NCBI GenBank assembly: GCA_944383355.1
Contig: CALWPF010000002.1
Coordinates: forward strand, 1,550 to 65,549
Source: an uncultured Clostridia bacterium
Lineage (GTDB): Bacteria > Bacillota > Clostridia > Christensenellales > UBA1242
Direction of reading: 5' to 3'
Length of the DNA stretch: 64,000 nt
The notes beneath the pieces were generated by a model. The model searched no databases, was not told the DNA's origin, and saw only the letters and a program-made list of their open reading frames with translations. Positions 28,957 to 37,999 of the stretch are shown here, in pieces. The position numbers and the translations under genes are program-made. Numbering within the stretch: position 1 is the stretch's first letter; each line of letters starts with the position of its first letter.

Positions 28957-29592
28957 ATGAACCAAATCTTAAAAAATATACGTATATGGTCTATTATAAT
29001 GCCAATACTATTTATAATTTTTGGTATTGTCTTGATGATTTGGCCGGAGATAACTACAACAATTATTTGTTATCTATTAGGAAGCTGTTTTATTTTGGCT
29101 GGTATATTTAAAATAATTAACTATTTTAGATATGGTGTTGAGCCATTTGGCTTTGTATATGGATTACTATACATAGGTATAGGTATAATACTCTTGTGTT
29201 GCACTAATTTCTTTACATCTCCTACCTTTATTGGTATTGTATTTGGTAGTATTTTTACACTCAAGGGACTAATTGATGCACAAAATGCTTTTGGATACAG
29301 GCATGCAGGTGTAAAGACTTGGTGGTTAGAATTGATATTTGCTATCGTACTTTTTGTATTTGGTTTGTTATTGATTATCAATCCATTTGCTACTACCCCT
29401 ATACTATTCGCCTTCCTCGGTATTACATTAATAGTGAATGGGATTATGAGTTTGATAACATCTATAGTTATCAGTAGCAAAGTGACAGCAGTAAAAAGAA
29501 ACTTTAAAGACATTTTTGGGAAACCTGAGATAATAGAAGGCAAAGTAGTTAAAGAAGAAAAAACTCCAATCAATGAAGAAGAGACAAAATAA
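28957..29592 (+). CDS. HdeD/DUF308-family multi-pass membrane protein
   Basis: 211 aa with six hydrophobic helices showing the repeated small-residue pattern of DUF308 (IIFGIVLMIWP, LLGSCFILAGIFKII, FLGITLIVNGIMSLI) and a K/E-rich C-terminal tail. Confidence 0.6.
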   Translation: MNQILKNIRIWSIIMPILFIIFGIVLMIWPEITTTIICYLLGSCFILAGIFKIINYFRYGVEPFGFVYGLLYIGIGIILLCCTNFFTSPTFIGIVFGSIFTLKGLIDAQNAFGYRHAGVKTWWLELIFAIVLFVFGLLLIINPFATTPILFAFLGITLIVNGIMSLITSIVISSKVTAVKRNFKDIFGKPEIIEGKVVKEEKTPINEEETK

Positions 29593-29609
29593 CTTGTCTC
29601 TTTTTTTTT
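29580..29609 (+). terminator. Rho-independent terminator
   Basis: agagacaa (29580-29587) pairs with ttgtctct (29594-29601), followed by a T8 run. The stem includes the stop codon. Confidence 0.6.
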
Positions 29610-29659
29610 GCCATGATATAATGTTTATTAAGAATTTTATCTTTTAAAATGGTGAAAAT

Positions 29660-30349
29660 ATGAAACAAATAGGTTTAGGTGATTTAAAGCGACTAGCAGA
29701 CCCAAAATATCAAAAATTTAGCACCAGTCTTACTCCTACTAAAAAAGTAATACTCGGCGTACGCATACCACAATTAAAAGAACTAGCAAGATCATTATCA
29801 AAATCAATTACGCTAGATATAATAGAAGATTGGGATACAGGTTATCTAGAGCAAAGTATATTATATGGAATGCTAATTGCCAACGCAAAATTAGATATCA
29901 AAACAAAACTTTGTTATTTTGATAATTGGCTAAAATACACTGATAATTGGGCTGAGTGCGATACAGTCGTTTCATATTTTAAAGATTTTGGTAAAGACAA
30001 AAATAAGCTCACTATATGGGAGTATGTCAATCAGAAGTTGAACCAAAAAATGAGCGATTTTGAATTAAGAGCTATTATAGTAATACTATTTAGATATTAC
30101 AACGACCCCCAATTTATTAGCGAGTTATTAGATATATTTACGACAATAAAAAGCGAAAAATATTATGTAAATATGGCGCTAGCGTGGGGAATCTGTGAAA
30201 TACTAATAAAACATTATGATTGGGGTGTAAAATTGCTAGCTAGCCATCAATTATCTCCATGGGTACAAAATAAAGCAATTCAAAAAGCCAAAGAAAGTTT
30301 CCGGATAACCAAAAATCAAAAAGAATTTTTAAGCACATTAAGAGTATAA
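29660..30349 (+). CDS. DNA alkylation repair protein (AlkD-like HEAT-repeat family)
   Basis: 229 aa, all-helical. The N-terminal LADPKYQKFSTSLTPTKKVILGVRIPQLKELA is typical of the DNA_alkylation family. Confidence 0.6.
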   Translation: MKQIGLGDLKRLADPKYQKFSTSLTPTKKVILGVRIPQLKELARSLSKSITLDIIEDWDTGYLEQSILYGMLIANAKLDIKTKLCYFDNWLKYTDNWAECDTVVSYFKDFGKDKNKLTIWEYVNQKLNQKMSDFELRAIIVILFRYYNDPQFISELLDIFTTIKSEKYYVNMALAWGICEILIKHYDWGVKLLASHQLSPWVQNKAIQKAKESFRITKNQKEFLSTLRV

Positions 30350-30370
30350 ACTACATTGTTGCAAAAATAA

Positions 30371-30400
30371 AAATCGGGTTTAAAAACTCGATTTTTATTT
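30371..30400. terminator. Bidirectional terminator between convergent genes
   Basis: aaatcggg (30371-30378) pairs with ctcgattt (30387-30394) with one G-U pair. T-runs are present on both strands. Confidence 0.5.
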
Positions 30401-32077
30401 TGAGATACAATTCAACAACTCATTAAAACGGTAGGCTATCTCTTCTTTCCCTAACAATTTACATATATAGTAAAGGTTTGGAGTCATAGTCCTTCCAGTG
30501 AGTGCAACACGAATAATTGTACTAATATCACCACAATGTCCTGGATAATTATCAGGAGCTTTCTTGTAATCCTTGACTTCCCTAGCATATCCCAATTTTT
30601 CGGACAAATCTTTTATCTTATCAAACCAAACGGTTTGGTCATCACTTGAATTATAGATTTTTGGATACTCTGTCAAAACTGTTGATATTATATCAGTGCT
30701 AAATTTATCTGGAAAAACCACTGTCGAAGCATCATATCCCCTACCCGGCAAATAACCTTTTTGAAACATATAATCATAAGTATCTTTAATTTCACTCATT
30801 TTGGCTATATCTTTCCTAGGTTTTGGTATATCTCTGTCAATATTTAAGATGTCAATATAATAACTTTTGTTGTTTAATAAAATAACATAAAAATCTGGAT
30901 CATACATTTTTGACCAAGTAAGAGCAAGCGAATACACATCTTGTGCATTCAATTTACTTATTACATTTTTACTAATATCATTCAATTTAATCAAATCAAA
31001 AAGCGCACCACTGCTACTCATCTTATCAATCTTAAAATCAAAGGTTGAAATCGGTGCATTAAGGTTTTGCATTCTCCAATTTTCAAAGTTACTATTAGCC
31101 AATGTCAACAAATATTCCAAGACTGCTTGTACAGGATATCCATCTTTTTCAAAATATGTAATATCCGTCTCTGGATCTTTGCGTTTACTAAGTTTCCTTC
31201 TCTCCCCAGTATCCGGATCAATCTTTTGAATAGTAGACAAGTGCATATATCGTGGAGGAGTAAAGCCTAGAGCCTCGAATAATTGTAAATGTTCACTAAG
31301 GCTAGGTAACCATTCTTCCCCACGCACAACCAATGTAGTACGCATTAGGTGATCATCAATTGCATGAGCAAAATTGTAAGGAGGCACTCCATTTGATTTC
31401 ACAATAATCACATCATTAGTGTTGGCAGGAATAATTCGCTCACCTCGTAGCAAATCGTGTGTAGTCATCTTATCGCCATCTTTGTACGGACAGCGAAATC
31501 TCAAAACGAATTTTTGCCCATTTGCTAATCTATTGGAAATATCCTCAAAACTCAAATCTCTACACTTTGCATACGTACCATAATAACCTATCTGTTCTTT
31601 TTTGCTTTCTTGGATACTTCTCATCTCTGCCAAATCATCAGCAGTACAAAAACAAGGATACGCCATGCCTTTTGCTACCAAAGCTTTTGCAAAGGTTTGG
31701 TAAATCTCAACTCTTTCTGACTGTAGATAAGGTGCATATTCCCCTTTGTCCTCAGTATTAGATACCCTACCCTCATCAAAAGTCAATCCATACCTATCCA
31801 AACCATGAATAATGGTATTAATGCTACCCTCGACCAATCTTTTGTCGTCAGTATCCTCTATCCTAAGATAAAATATACCATTACTCTTTTGCGCCAAAAA
31901 TTTATTAATAAGACAAGTAAATAACCCTCCTATATGCAAAAAACCAGTAGGACTAGGCGCAAACCGAGTAACCTCTGCCCCCTTTGGTAAATCACGCATA
32001 GGATACTTTCTTTCCCAATATTCTGGAGTTTTTTGTATGTTGGGATACAACAAATCTGCTAATTTTTGGTAATCCAT
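30395..32077 (-). CDS. gltX: Glutamate--tRNA ligase
   Basis: 560 aa with class I motifs TRFAPSPTGFLHIGG (HIGH) and KLSKRK (KMSKS). AGGAG RBS. Confidence 0.93.
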   Translation of the reverse strand: MDYQKLADLLYPNIQKTPEYWERKYPMRDLPKGAEVTRFAPSPTGFLHIGGLFTCLINKFLAQKSNGIFYLRIEDTDDKRLVEGSINTIIHGLDRYGLTFDEGRVSNTEDKGEYAPYLQSERVEIYQTFAKALVAKGMAYPCFCTADDLAEMRSIQESKKEQIGYYGTYAKCRDLSFEDISNRLANGQKFVLRFRCPYKDGDKMTTHDLLRGERIIPANTNDVIIVKSNGVPPYNFAHAIDDHLMRTTLVVRGEEWLPSLSEHLQLFEALGFTPPRYMHLSTIQKIDPDTGERRKLSKRKDPETDITYFEKDGYPVQAVLEYLLTLANSNFENWRMQNLNAPISTFDFKIDKMSSSGALFDLIKLNDISKNVISKLNAQDVYSLALTWSKMYDPDFYVILLNNKSYYIDILNIDRDIPKPRKDIAKMSEIKDTYDYMFQKGYLPGRGYDASTVVFPDKFSTDIISTVLTEYPKIYNSSDDQTVWFDKIKDLSEKLGYAREVKDYKKAPDNYPGHCGDISTIIRVALTGRTMTPNLYYICKLLGKEEIAYRFNELLNCISK

Positions 32078-32090
32078 AATAAACTCTCCT

Positions 32091-32114
32091 AAATAAAAAA
32101 GACATTCTGTCTTT
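32091..32114 (-). terminator. Terminator-like hairpin immediately upstream of the gltX RBS
   Basis: The minus-strand RNA reads AAAGACA-GAA-UGUCUUU followed by UUUAUUU, and then directly AGGAG and the gltX ATG. Confidence 0.5.
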
Positions 32115-32128
32115 CTTAAAAAATTATA

Positions 32129-33220
32129 TTATGCAAACGCTAACAATTTGGTAGTAAATGAACTAATATAACTAGTCATATTTACACATTCAGTATTAAA
32201 AAATCCAATCACCTTTTCGTAACAAGAGCGCTGTTCTATAGTCATATCATCTAATCTATTATTTTGTGCCAAATTTAACATGGTTTTGTAATCATAAGAA
32301 CTCAAAGCTTGAAAACACTGTGTTTTAATCTGTTGAAACGTACTATCATAATTTAACCAAGCAGTAAAAGCGTCTATAACATTTTGTTCATCAGTACTAA
32401 TTACATCACCAGCATTGCCTTGCCAATTGCCAATAGGTACTACTTTTTCATACTCAGACAATAAGGTATTACAAATAGGCATATCTACATCGGAGGCATC
32501 TTGATCATAGTAGTTGTAAACTGTAGTCATCACACTAATTTGAGCGTATTCTGCTAATTTGATTAAATACTCTAATTGCATTTTACCCGTAGCATATCTA
32601 TTCCCTACAGAATAATCGGTATCTATAAAAATACTATCTCTATATATGTTAGCAAAAGAAAGCGAAAAGTCACTAGCCTTTATTAAAAGATTGTAAAAAC
32701 GGGTAAATAACTCATCTCTCCAATATACCTCAGTAGCTCCATTCAAATTGAAATTTGCTTTGCTTTCCAAATAAGATTTTGCATCTTTAAACTCTTGGAG
32801 TGCACTAGAAAAAGCCATTAATTTTTCGTAAGTACTATTGAGTTGGTTACTATTAAAAACCGTCGTCTCAGGATAGCCTAAATTAATATATCGATCTACA
32901 ACCAACATACTAGCCCTAAATGCTGGCTCAAATATAGCAAAAGAATTTGCCTCATCATTACTCAATTTACAATACTCGTTGGTGCTATCATTAGACATTA
33001 TAGCACTCCTGAGCGTTGCATTAGCATAAACAATCTCGACCTCTCCAGCAGTATTAAAAATATCGGTATTCTGTGACACTAATTCATTGTAAGCCGTGCG
33101 AATATCTGAGTATGTATATTTAGAATTATCACAACCTGCAAAAACCAGTATCATAGACAGCACTAGCAACACGCATAGAGGTATTATAACAAATCTTGAA
33201 ATTGAAATCGATTTATCCAT
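32129..33220 (-). CDS. Putative lipoprotein, helical ectodomain, unknown function
   Basis: GGAGG is 8 nt before the third-codon ATG at 33220 (MDKSISISRF...). Lipobox LVFAGC. No recognisable catalytic motifs. Confidence 0.7.
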   Translation of the reverse strand: MDKSISISRFVIIPLCVLLVLSMILVFAGCDNSKYTYSDIRTAYNELVSQNTDIFNTAGEVEIVYANATLRSAIMSNDSTNEYCKLSNDEANSFAIFEPAFRASMLVVDRYINLGYPETTVFNSNQLNSTYEKLMAFSSALQEFKDAKSYLESKANFNLNGATEVYWRDELFTRFYNLLIKASDFSLSFANIYRDSIFIDTDYSVGNRYATGKMQLEYLIKLAEYAQISVMTTVYNYYDQDASDVDMPICNTLLSEYEKVVPIGNWQGNAGDVISTDEQNVIDAFTAWLNYDSTFQQIKTQCFQALSSYDYKTMLNLAQNNRLDDMTIEQRSCYEKVIGFFNTECVNMTSYISSFTTKLLAFA

Positions 33221-33234
33221 GTACATAACCTCCT

Positions 33235-34134
33235 CTATACAGCAAAACCTAGATAAGTCATAACTGTAAGTACTGCTGACTTTGTATTACTATCCTCTAT
33301 ACTGTTGTAATACTCAGTCTTATCTGTGGCACTATAAAAACTATCCTTATCTATACTAGGGTAATCAAGCAAAAAATCATCATTAGCACTAGTATTAGTT
33401 ATCCTAGTAAAATCATATTGCTCATAATGATCAAATCTTTCTAATATTTGTGTTGTATTCAATAATAGTCGATCCGAAACATCCAAATCGGATTCCTTGA
33501 GGTAATTCTTGTGTGTGTCTGCTTGCAAGTATAATGCCTCAATCATCAAGTATTTTGTATTGTATTGTGTTATCCTCTCACCACCATACACATTATCACG
33601 AACAAAAGGAACCAAAACATCGTTGATATCTGCAAGAATATATGACTGGTCAGCCAACTCAGTAGCTACATATGTAAACTCGTTTAACAAAGTCTGTTGC
33701 TGTGCATCAGTTGGTGATTGTCCAAATCTATCCTTGTCACTCAAAAAAACTGTAATTGCTGCTCTTGTATCGGCAAGCGCAGTCAGGTAATCATCCAACT
33801 TGGTATCTATACTACTCAGAGCTCCTTGATTAGAACCAAAATACAACTCTGGCATTAAATTAGTGGTGACATTCCACTCCGCTAAATATAGTGCTAACGC
33901 CTCATCAAAATCAGTATCTACACCATTTGAGTACTGGACTAAAACATTACTAGGGTCACTAGACACTTGCTCGGAAACATAACTAAAATCATCAGATTTT
34001 AATATATTTGAATATTTTTGCAATGCATTCTCACTGTCATTGTTTTGGAAAAACAAGAAATAACACGCAACACCAATACCTGCTAATATTACCAAAACAA
34101 CAAGTATTCTCAATATCACAATACCAACACTCAT
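33235..34134 (-). CDS. Signal-anchored helical ectoprotein, unknown function
   Basis: 299 aa with an N-terminal TM (VGIVILRILVVLVILAGIGVACYFLFF) and a GAGGTG RBS. It shows weak similarity by eye to the adjacent lipoprotein, for example TKYLMIEALYLQA against LEYLIKLAEYAQ. Confidence 0.65.
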   Translation of the reverse strand: MSVGIVILRILVVLVILAGIGVACYFLFFQNNDSENALQKYSNILKSDDFSYVSEQVSSDPSNVLVQYSNGVDTDFDEALALYLAEWNVTTNLMPELYFGSNQGALSSIDTKLDDYLTALADTRAAITVFLSDKDRFGQSPTDAQQQTLLNEFTYVATELADQSYILADINDVLVPFVRDNVYGGERITQYNTKYLMIEALYLQADTHKNYLKESDLDVSDRLLLNTTQILERFDHYEQYDFTRITNTSANDDFLLDYPSIDKDSFYSATDKTEYYNSIEDSNTKSAVLTVMTYLGFAV

Positions 34135-34184
34135 AAATACACCTCAAAAACTATTACAATGATAACATATCTCTAAATCAATTG

Positions 34185-34871
34185 TCAACTATGAGTTTGT
34201 CTATATTTTAAGAGTTTATCCAAATCAAAATATGACCAAGGCTTATGCTCACTTGGTGGCATACATCTAAAAGTCATTCTTTCCTTTGTTACTGGGTGCA
34301 TAATACTCACATCTAATAGCAAAAATGCAACAAAAGTATTTTTTGCTAAACTATCTCCGCCATAAACAGAATCACCAAATATTGGTAATCCCATATCAAA
34401 CAAACCAAACCGCAAAGTATTAGGCAAAAAACGATTTACTTCCACGAGCATCAAAGTTAAAGGCTTTACTTCGCTCAATTTGCGGTAGTTAAAATCAACT
34501 CTCAATGCAGACTTATTTAGCTCAGGAACACGCCTATATTTACCATTTGTTAATAATTCACAAGTAGCACTATGACCACCATTTAAATTGTCCAATTCTC
34601 CAACAGTTATAGCCAAAAAGCGAAAATCAGTTTCATCATGCTCTAATGCAGCATTGCATCTATCATACGCTTTTTGTGTCAAACAAAAAACTATCACACC
34701 ACTCATACATTGGTCTAATTCATAAAGTGCTTTTAGGTATATATTACCCTCTTTATTTTTGGACTTTTTGATGTACTCTCTTATATCTTTAGTGAGTGAA
34801 TCTTGAGATACATTAGTTGGCTTGTATACCACTAATAGATGGTTGTCTTGGTACGCAATATTAATATCCAT
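34185..34871 (-). CDS. RluA-family pseudouridine synthase-like protein (no S4 domain)
   Basis: 228 aa. IAYQDNHLLVVYKP matches the family N-terminal strand. The catalytic-loop equivalent is YELDQCMSGVIVF (family consensus HRLDxxTSG), so the Asp is retained. It starts 4 nt after the ileS stop. Confidence 0.6.
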   Translation of the reverse strand: MDINIAYQDNHLLVVYKPTNVSQDSLTKDIREYIKKSKNKEGNIYLKALYELDQCMSGVIVFCLTQKAYDRCNAALEHDETDFRFLAITVGELDNLNGGHSATCELLTNGKYRRVPELNKSALRVDFNYRKLSEVKPLTLMLVEVNRFLPNTLRFGLFDMGLPIFGDSVYGGDSLAKNTFVAFLLLDVSIMHPVTKERMTFRCMPPSEHKPWSYFDLDKLLKYRQTHS

Positions 34872-34874
34872 AAA

Positions 34875-37800
34875 TCAAACCTTCCTAATACATAGTTTGC
34901 AAGCTAAGTCATTAATCTCGACATCTCGAATCACATCACCAGATTGCCCCTCTTGCATAGTAGTAGCCAGCACAGTAGAACAAATATTTTCTCTAAATTT
35001 TTGAATGACTTCCACAACTTTATTATTACCAGAGTACTCAACCTCAATCTTGTCTTCGACCTCGTATCCTGCCTCTTTTCTCATATTTTGCAATTTACTA
35101 ATAACCTCTCTCATGATACCTTCATCGATTAAATCATCGGTAAGTACCGTATCCAATATAACAGTAATTCCATTATCCGTCTCAGCGCAAAAATTTGGTT
35201 TACTATGCGGAGTGACCAATATGTCCTCCAATGTCAAGTCCACCTCAACATCATTGATATTTAGATGTTCTGTACCGCCACTTTCGAGATTTGCAACCAG
35301 TTTATTACTGTCACATTGTGCTAGATATGCCTTTATGCCCACCAATGCTTTGCCATACTTTGGTCCCAATGTACGCAATTGTGGCTTGACTTCCATATCT
35401 ATATAATTACTAGTGTCATCTATAAAGTTAAATTTTTTCACATTAAGGTCATCACATATTATGGTCAACATATCCTCATTAAGTGATAAATTGTTCACAG
35501 AGTAGACATACATATTTGCTAATGGTTGTCTATTCTTGATACCAGTATCTGCACGAACAACACGCCCAAGGGTTACTATTTGAATAACCTTATCCATTTG
35601 TTGTTCCAAATCTGGTACAATGTATTGTTTGTCTACTGCAGGATACTCACATAGATGGACACTGATAGGACTTTGGTCTGGCCTCAAATTGAGGTAAATT
35701 TCCTCAGAAATAAATGGCATCATAGGTGCTATCAATTTTGTAATATCCATCAAAACATTATAAAGAGTTGTAAAGGCTGCAGTTTTGTCAGCATTCTCAC
35801 CATCAACCCAGAACCTCTCTCGACAGCGCCTTATATACCAATTAGATAGCTGTTCTACAAAAGTTTCAATCAACCTCGCTGAATCAGTAAAGTCGTACTC
35901 GTCCATTAATTTCTTAACATTTTGCTTTAAAGTATTTAATTTTGATAACACCCATTTATCCATAATTGATAATTGACATGCATCAAGCGCTAATGTGGGT
36001 TTGAAATTGTCTATATTAGCATATAATACATAAAAAGCATAAGTATTCCACAATGTACCAATAATCTTGCGCTGAGCCTCTACCAAAAGATTCTCATCAA
36101 ACAATTTGCTAGACCAAGGCGTAGAATTACTAGCAAAAAACCAACGTACGGTATCTGCCCCATAACGATTAACCACATCTATAGGGTCAACAACATTACC
36201 CACAGATTTACTCATTTTCCGTCCATCTTTGTCCAGTACCAAGCCAGCAACCATACAGTTTTTGTAAGGCGTCTTATCAAACATAACAGTACTAATAGCT
36301 TGTAATGTATAGAACCAACCTCTAGTCTGGTCTTGTGCCTCACAAATAAAGTCAGCAGGAAACTGATCTGCAAATTTGTCCTTATTCTCAAATGGATAAT
36401 GCCATTGAGCAAAAGGCATAGCTCCACTATCAAACCAGCAATCGATTAATTCTGGTACTCTTCTAGCTGTACCGCCACATTTTGGACATTTGATAGTAAT
36501 ATTATCAACATAAGGTCTATGTAATTCAACTTCCTCATCACTACCGCTCAATTCTCGGAGTTCGGCCTTACTACCAATAGAGTGAAAATGGTGGCAACTC
36601 TCACATTCCCAGATATTTAAGGGTGTACCCCAATATCTGTCTCTAGAGAGATTCCAATCTACAGCATTGGATACAAAGTTCCCCATTCTCCCCTCTTTGA
36701 TGTTATCAGGAATAAAATTAACCGCATTGTTGTTTTTAACTAGATTATCTCTAAACCTAGACATATTGATAAACCAACCAGTGCGTGCGTAATATATTAA
36801 TGGGGTCTTGCATCTCCAGCAATGAGGATATTCGTGCTCTACCGTTTCCTCTTTTATGACAGCGTTAGATTTTTTGAGGTCAGCAATGATTTTTGCATTT
36901 GCATCTATATTGGACATTCCAGCATACTGAGGTAAATCTTCTGTAAATTTACCCTGTTGATTTATAAGTTGCACAAAAGGCAAATCATACTGTTTGCCAA
37001 CATTACTATCATCTTCACCAAAAGCAGGAGCAATATGGACAATACCTGTACCACTTGTCGTGGTAACATAATCAGCACATGTGACAAAATGATGCTTTTT
37101 CCTACCAAATATACTCTCATCTAATTTAAACAATGGCTCATATTGTTTAAATTCCAGATCTTTCCCAACAAAAGTTGACACAACTTTTGCCTTTGGCAAG
37201 ACTTTTGATACCAATGCTTCTGCCATTATATAATAATGCTTATTAAACTCAACCTTGCAGTATTGGGTCTCTGGGTTAACAGCCAAAGCTACATTACTAG
37301 GTAAAGTCCAAGGAGTAGTAGTCCAAGCCACAAAATAAGTATTATCCTCCCCCAATACTCTAAATGCAACATAGACCGTGCGATCTTTGACAGTTTTATA
37401 ACCCTGAGCGACTTCATGCGTAGCAAGACTAGTACCGCATCTAGGACAGTAAGGCGTCACTTTGTAGCCTTTGTAGATCAATCCCCTTTCGAACATTTCC
37501 TTTAACGACCACCACACGCTCTCTATGTAATCGTCAGTACATGTAAGATAAGCATCGTCCAGGTCCACCCAATAGCCTATCTTTTTTGTAGATTCTGTCC
37601 ACTCAGACTTGTATAAGGATACAATTTCCTTACATTTCTTAACAAAACCCTCTACTCCATAACGCTCAATATCTTGCTTGTTATTAAATCCCAACTCTTT
37701 CTCTGCTTGCAACTCAACAGGCAAACCATGAGCATCCCAACCTGCTTTGCGCTCCACTCTATATCCTTGCATAGTCTTGTAACGCAAAACAATATCTTTG

Positions 37801-37991
37801 TAAATTCGGTTGGACACATGCCCAATATGAGGCATTCCATTCACACCTGGAGGTCCGTCATAAAACACAAAAGCAGGGGCATTTGCTTTTGCTGAAGAAA
37901 CCTTTTCAAATATCTTTTGCTCTTCCCAAAAAGATAGTACCTGCTGCTCCAACTCAGGCTGAACTAACTTGGTATCTACTTTTTTATACAT
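34875..37991 (-). CDS. ileS: Isoleucine--tRNA ligase, type 2 (long, eukaryote/Thermus-like form)
   Basis: HIGH motif (GMPHIGHVSN) and KMSKS. About 1040 aa. The ORF opens at 38003 (TTG) with a second ATG at 38000. The ATG at 37991 (MYKKVDTKLVQPELEQQVLSFWEEQKIF) has an AGGAG 12 nt upstream and matches the usual type-2 N-terminus. The open frame overlaps the TGA of the upstream CBS gene. Confidence 0.95.
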   Translation of the reverse strand: MYKKVDTKLVQPELEQQVLSFWEEQKIFEKVSSAKANAPAFVFYDGPPGVNGMPHIGHVSNRIYKDIVLRYKTMQGYRVERKAGWDAHGLPVELQAEKELGFNNKQDIERYGVEGFVKKCKEIVSLYKSEWTESTKKIGYWVDLDDAYLTCTDDYIESVWWSLKEMFERGLIYKGYKVTPYCPRCGTSLATHEVAQGYKTVKDRTVYVAFRVLGEDNTYFVAWTTTPWTLPSNVALAVNPETQYCKVEFNKHYYIMAEALVSKVLPKAKVVSTFVGKDLEFKQYEPLFKLDESIFGRKKHHFVTCADYVTTTSGTGIVHIAPAFGEDDSNVGKQYDLPFVQLINQQGKFTEDLPQYAGMSNIDANAKIIADLKKSNAVIKEETVEHEYPHCWRCKTPLIYYARTGWFINMSRFRDNLVKNNNAVNFIPDNIKEGRMGNFVSNAVDWNLSRDRYWGTPLNIWECESCHHFHSIGSKAELRELSGSDEEVELHRPYVDNITIKCPKCGGTARRVPELIDCWFDSGAMPFAQWHYPFENKDKFADQFPADFICEAQDQTRGWFYTLQAISTVMFDKTPYKNCMVAGLVLDKDGRKMSKSVGNVVDPIDVVNRYGADTVRWFFASNSTPWSSKLFDENLLVEAQRKIIGTLWNTYAFYVLYANIDNFKPTLALDACQLSIMDKWVLSKLNTLKQNVKKLMDEYDFTDSARLIETFVEQLSNWYIRRCRERFWVDGENADKTAAFTTLYNVLMDITKLIAPMMPFISEEIYLNLRPDQSPISVHLCEYPAVDKQYIVPDLEQQMDKVIQIVTLGRVVRADTGIKNRQPLANMYVYSVNNLSLNEDMLTIICDDLNVKKFNFIDDTSNYIDMEVKPQLRTLGPKYGKALVGIKAYLAQCDSNKLVANLESGGTEHLNINDVEVDLTLEDILVTPHSKPNFCAETDNGITVILDTVLTDDLIDEGIMREVISKLQNMRKEAGYEVEDKIEVEYSGNNKVVEVIQKFRENICSTVLATTMQEGQSGDVIRDVEINDLACKLCIRKV

Positions 37992-37999
37992 TTTTATCA

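Noticed and set aside
29121-29573. 150-aa minus-strand ORF opposite the DUF308/HdeD-like gene
   Set aside because: The plus-strand gene has a consensus promoter, an AGGAGG RBS, a terminator and a coherent six-helix pattern. The antisense ORF has none of these.
32117-32400. T-box leader upstream of gltX, and likewise upstream of the CBS-ileS pair (38744-38944)
   Set aside because: No T-box sequence (AAnnnGGGTGGTACCGCG-like), specifier-loop or antiterminator arrangement was found by eye. The region ahead of gltX is coding sequence, and the region ahead of the CBS gene is only ~180 nt and shared with the divergent SRP RNA promoter.
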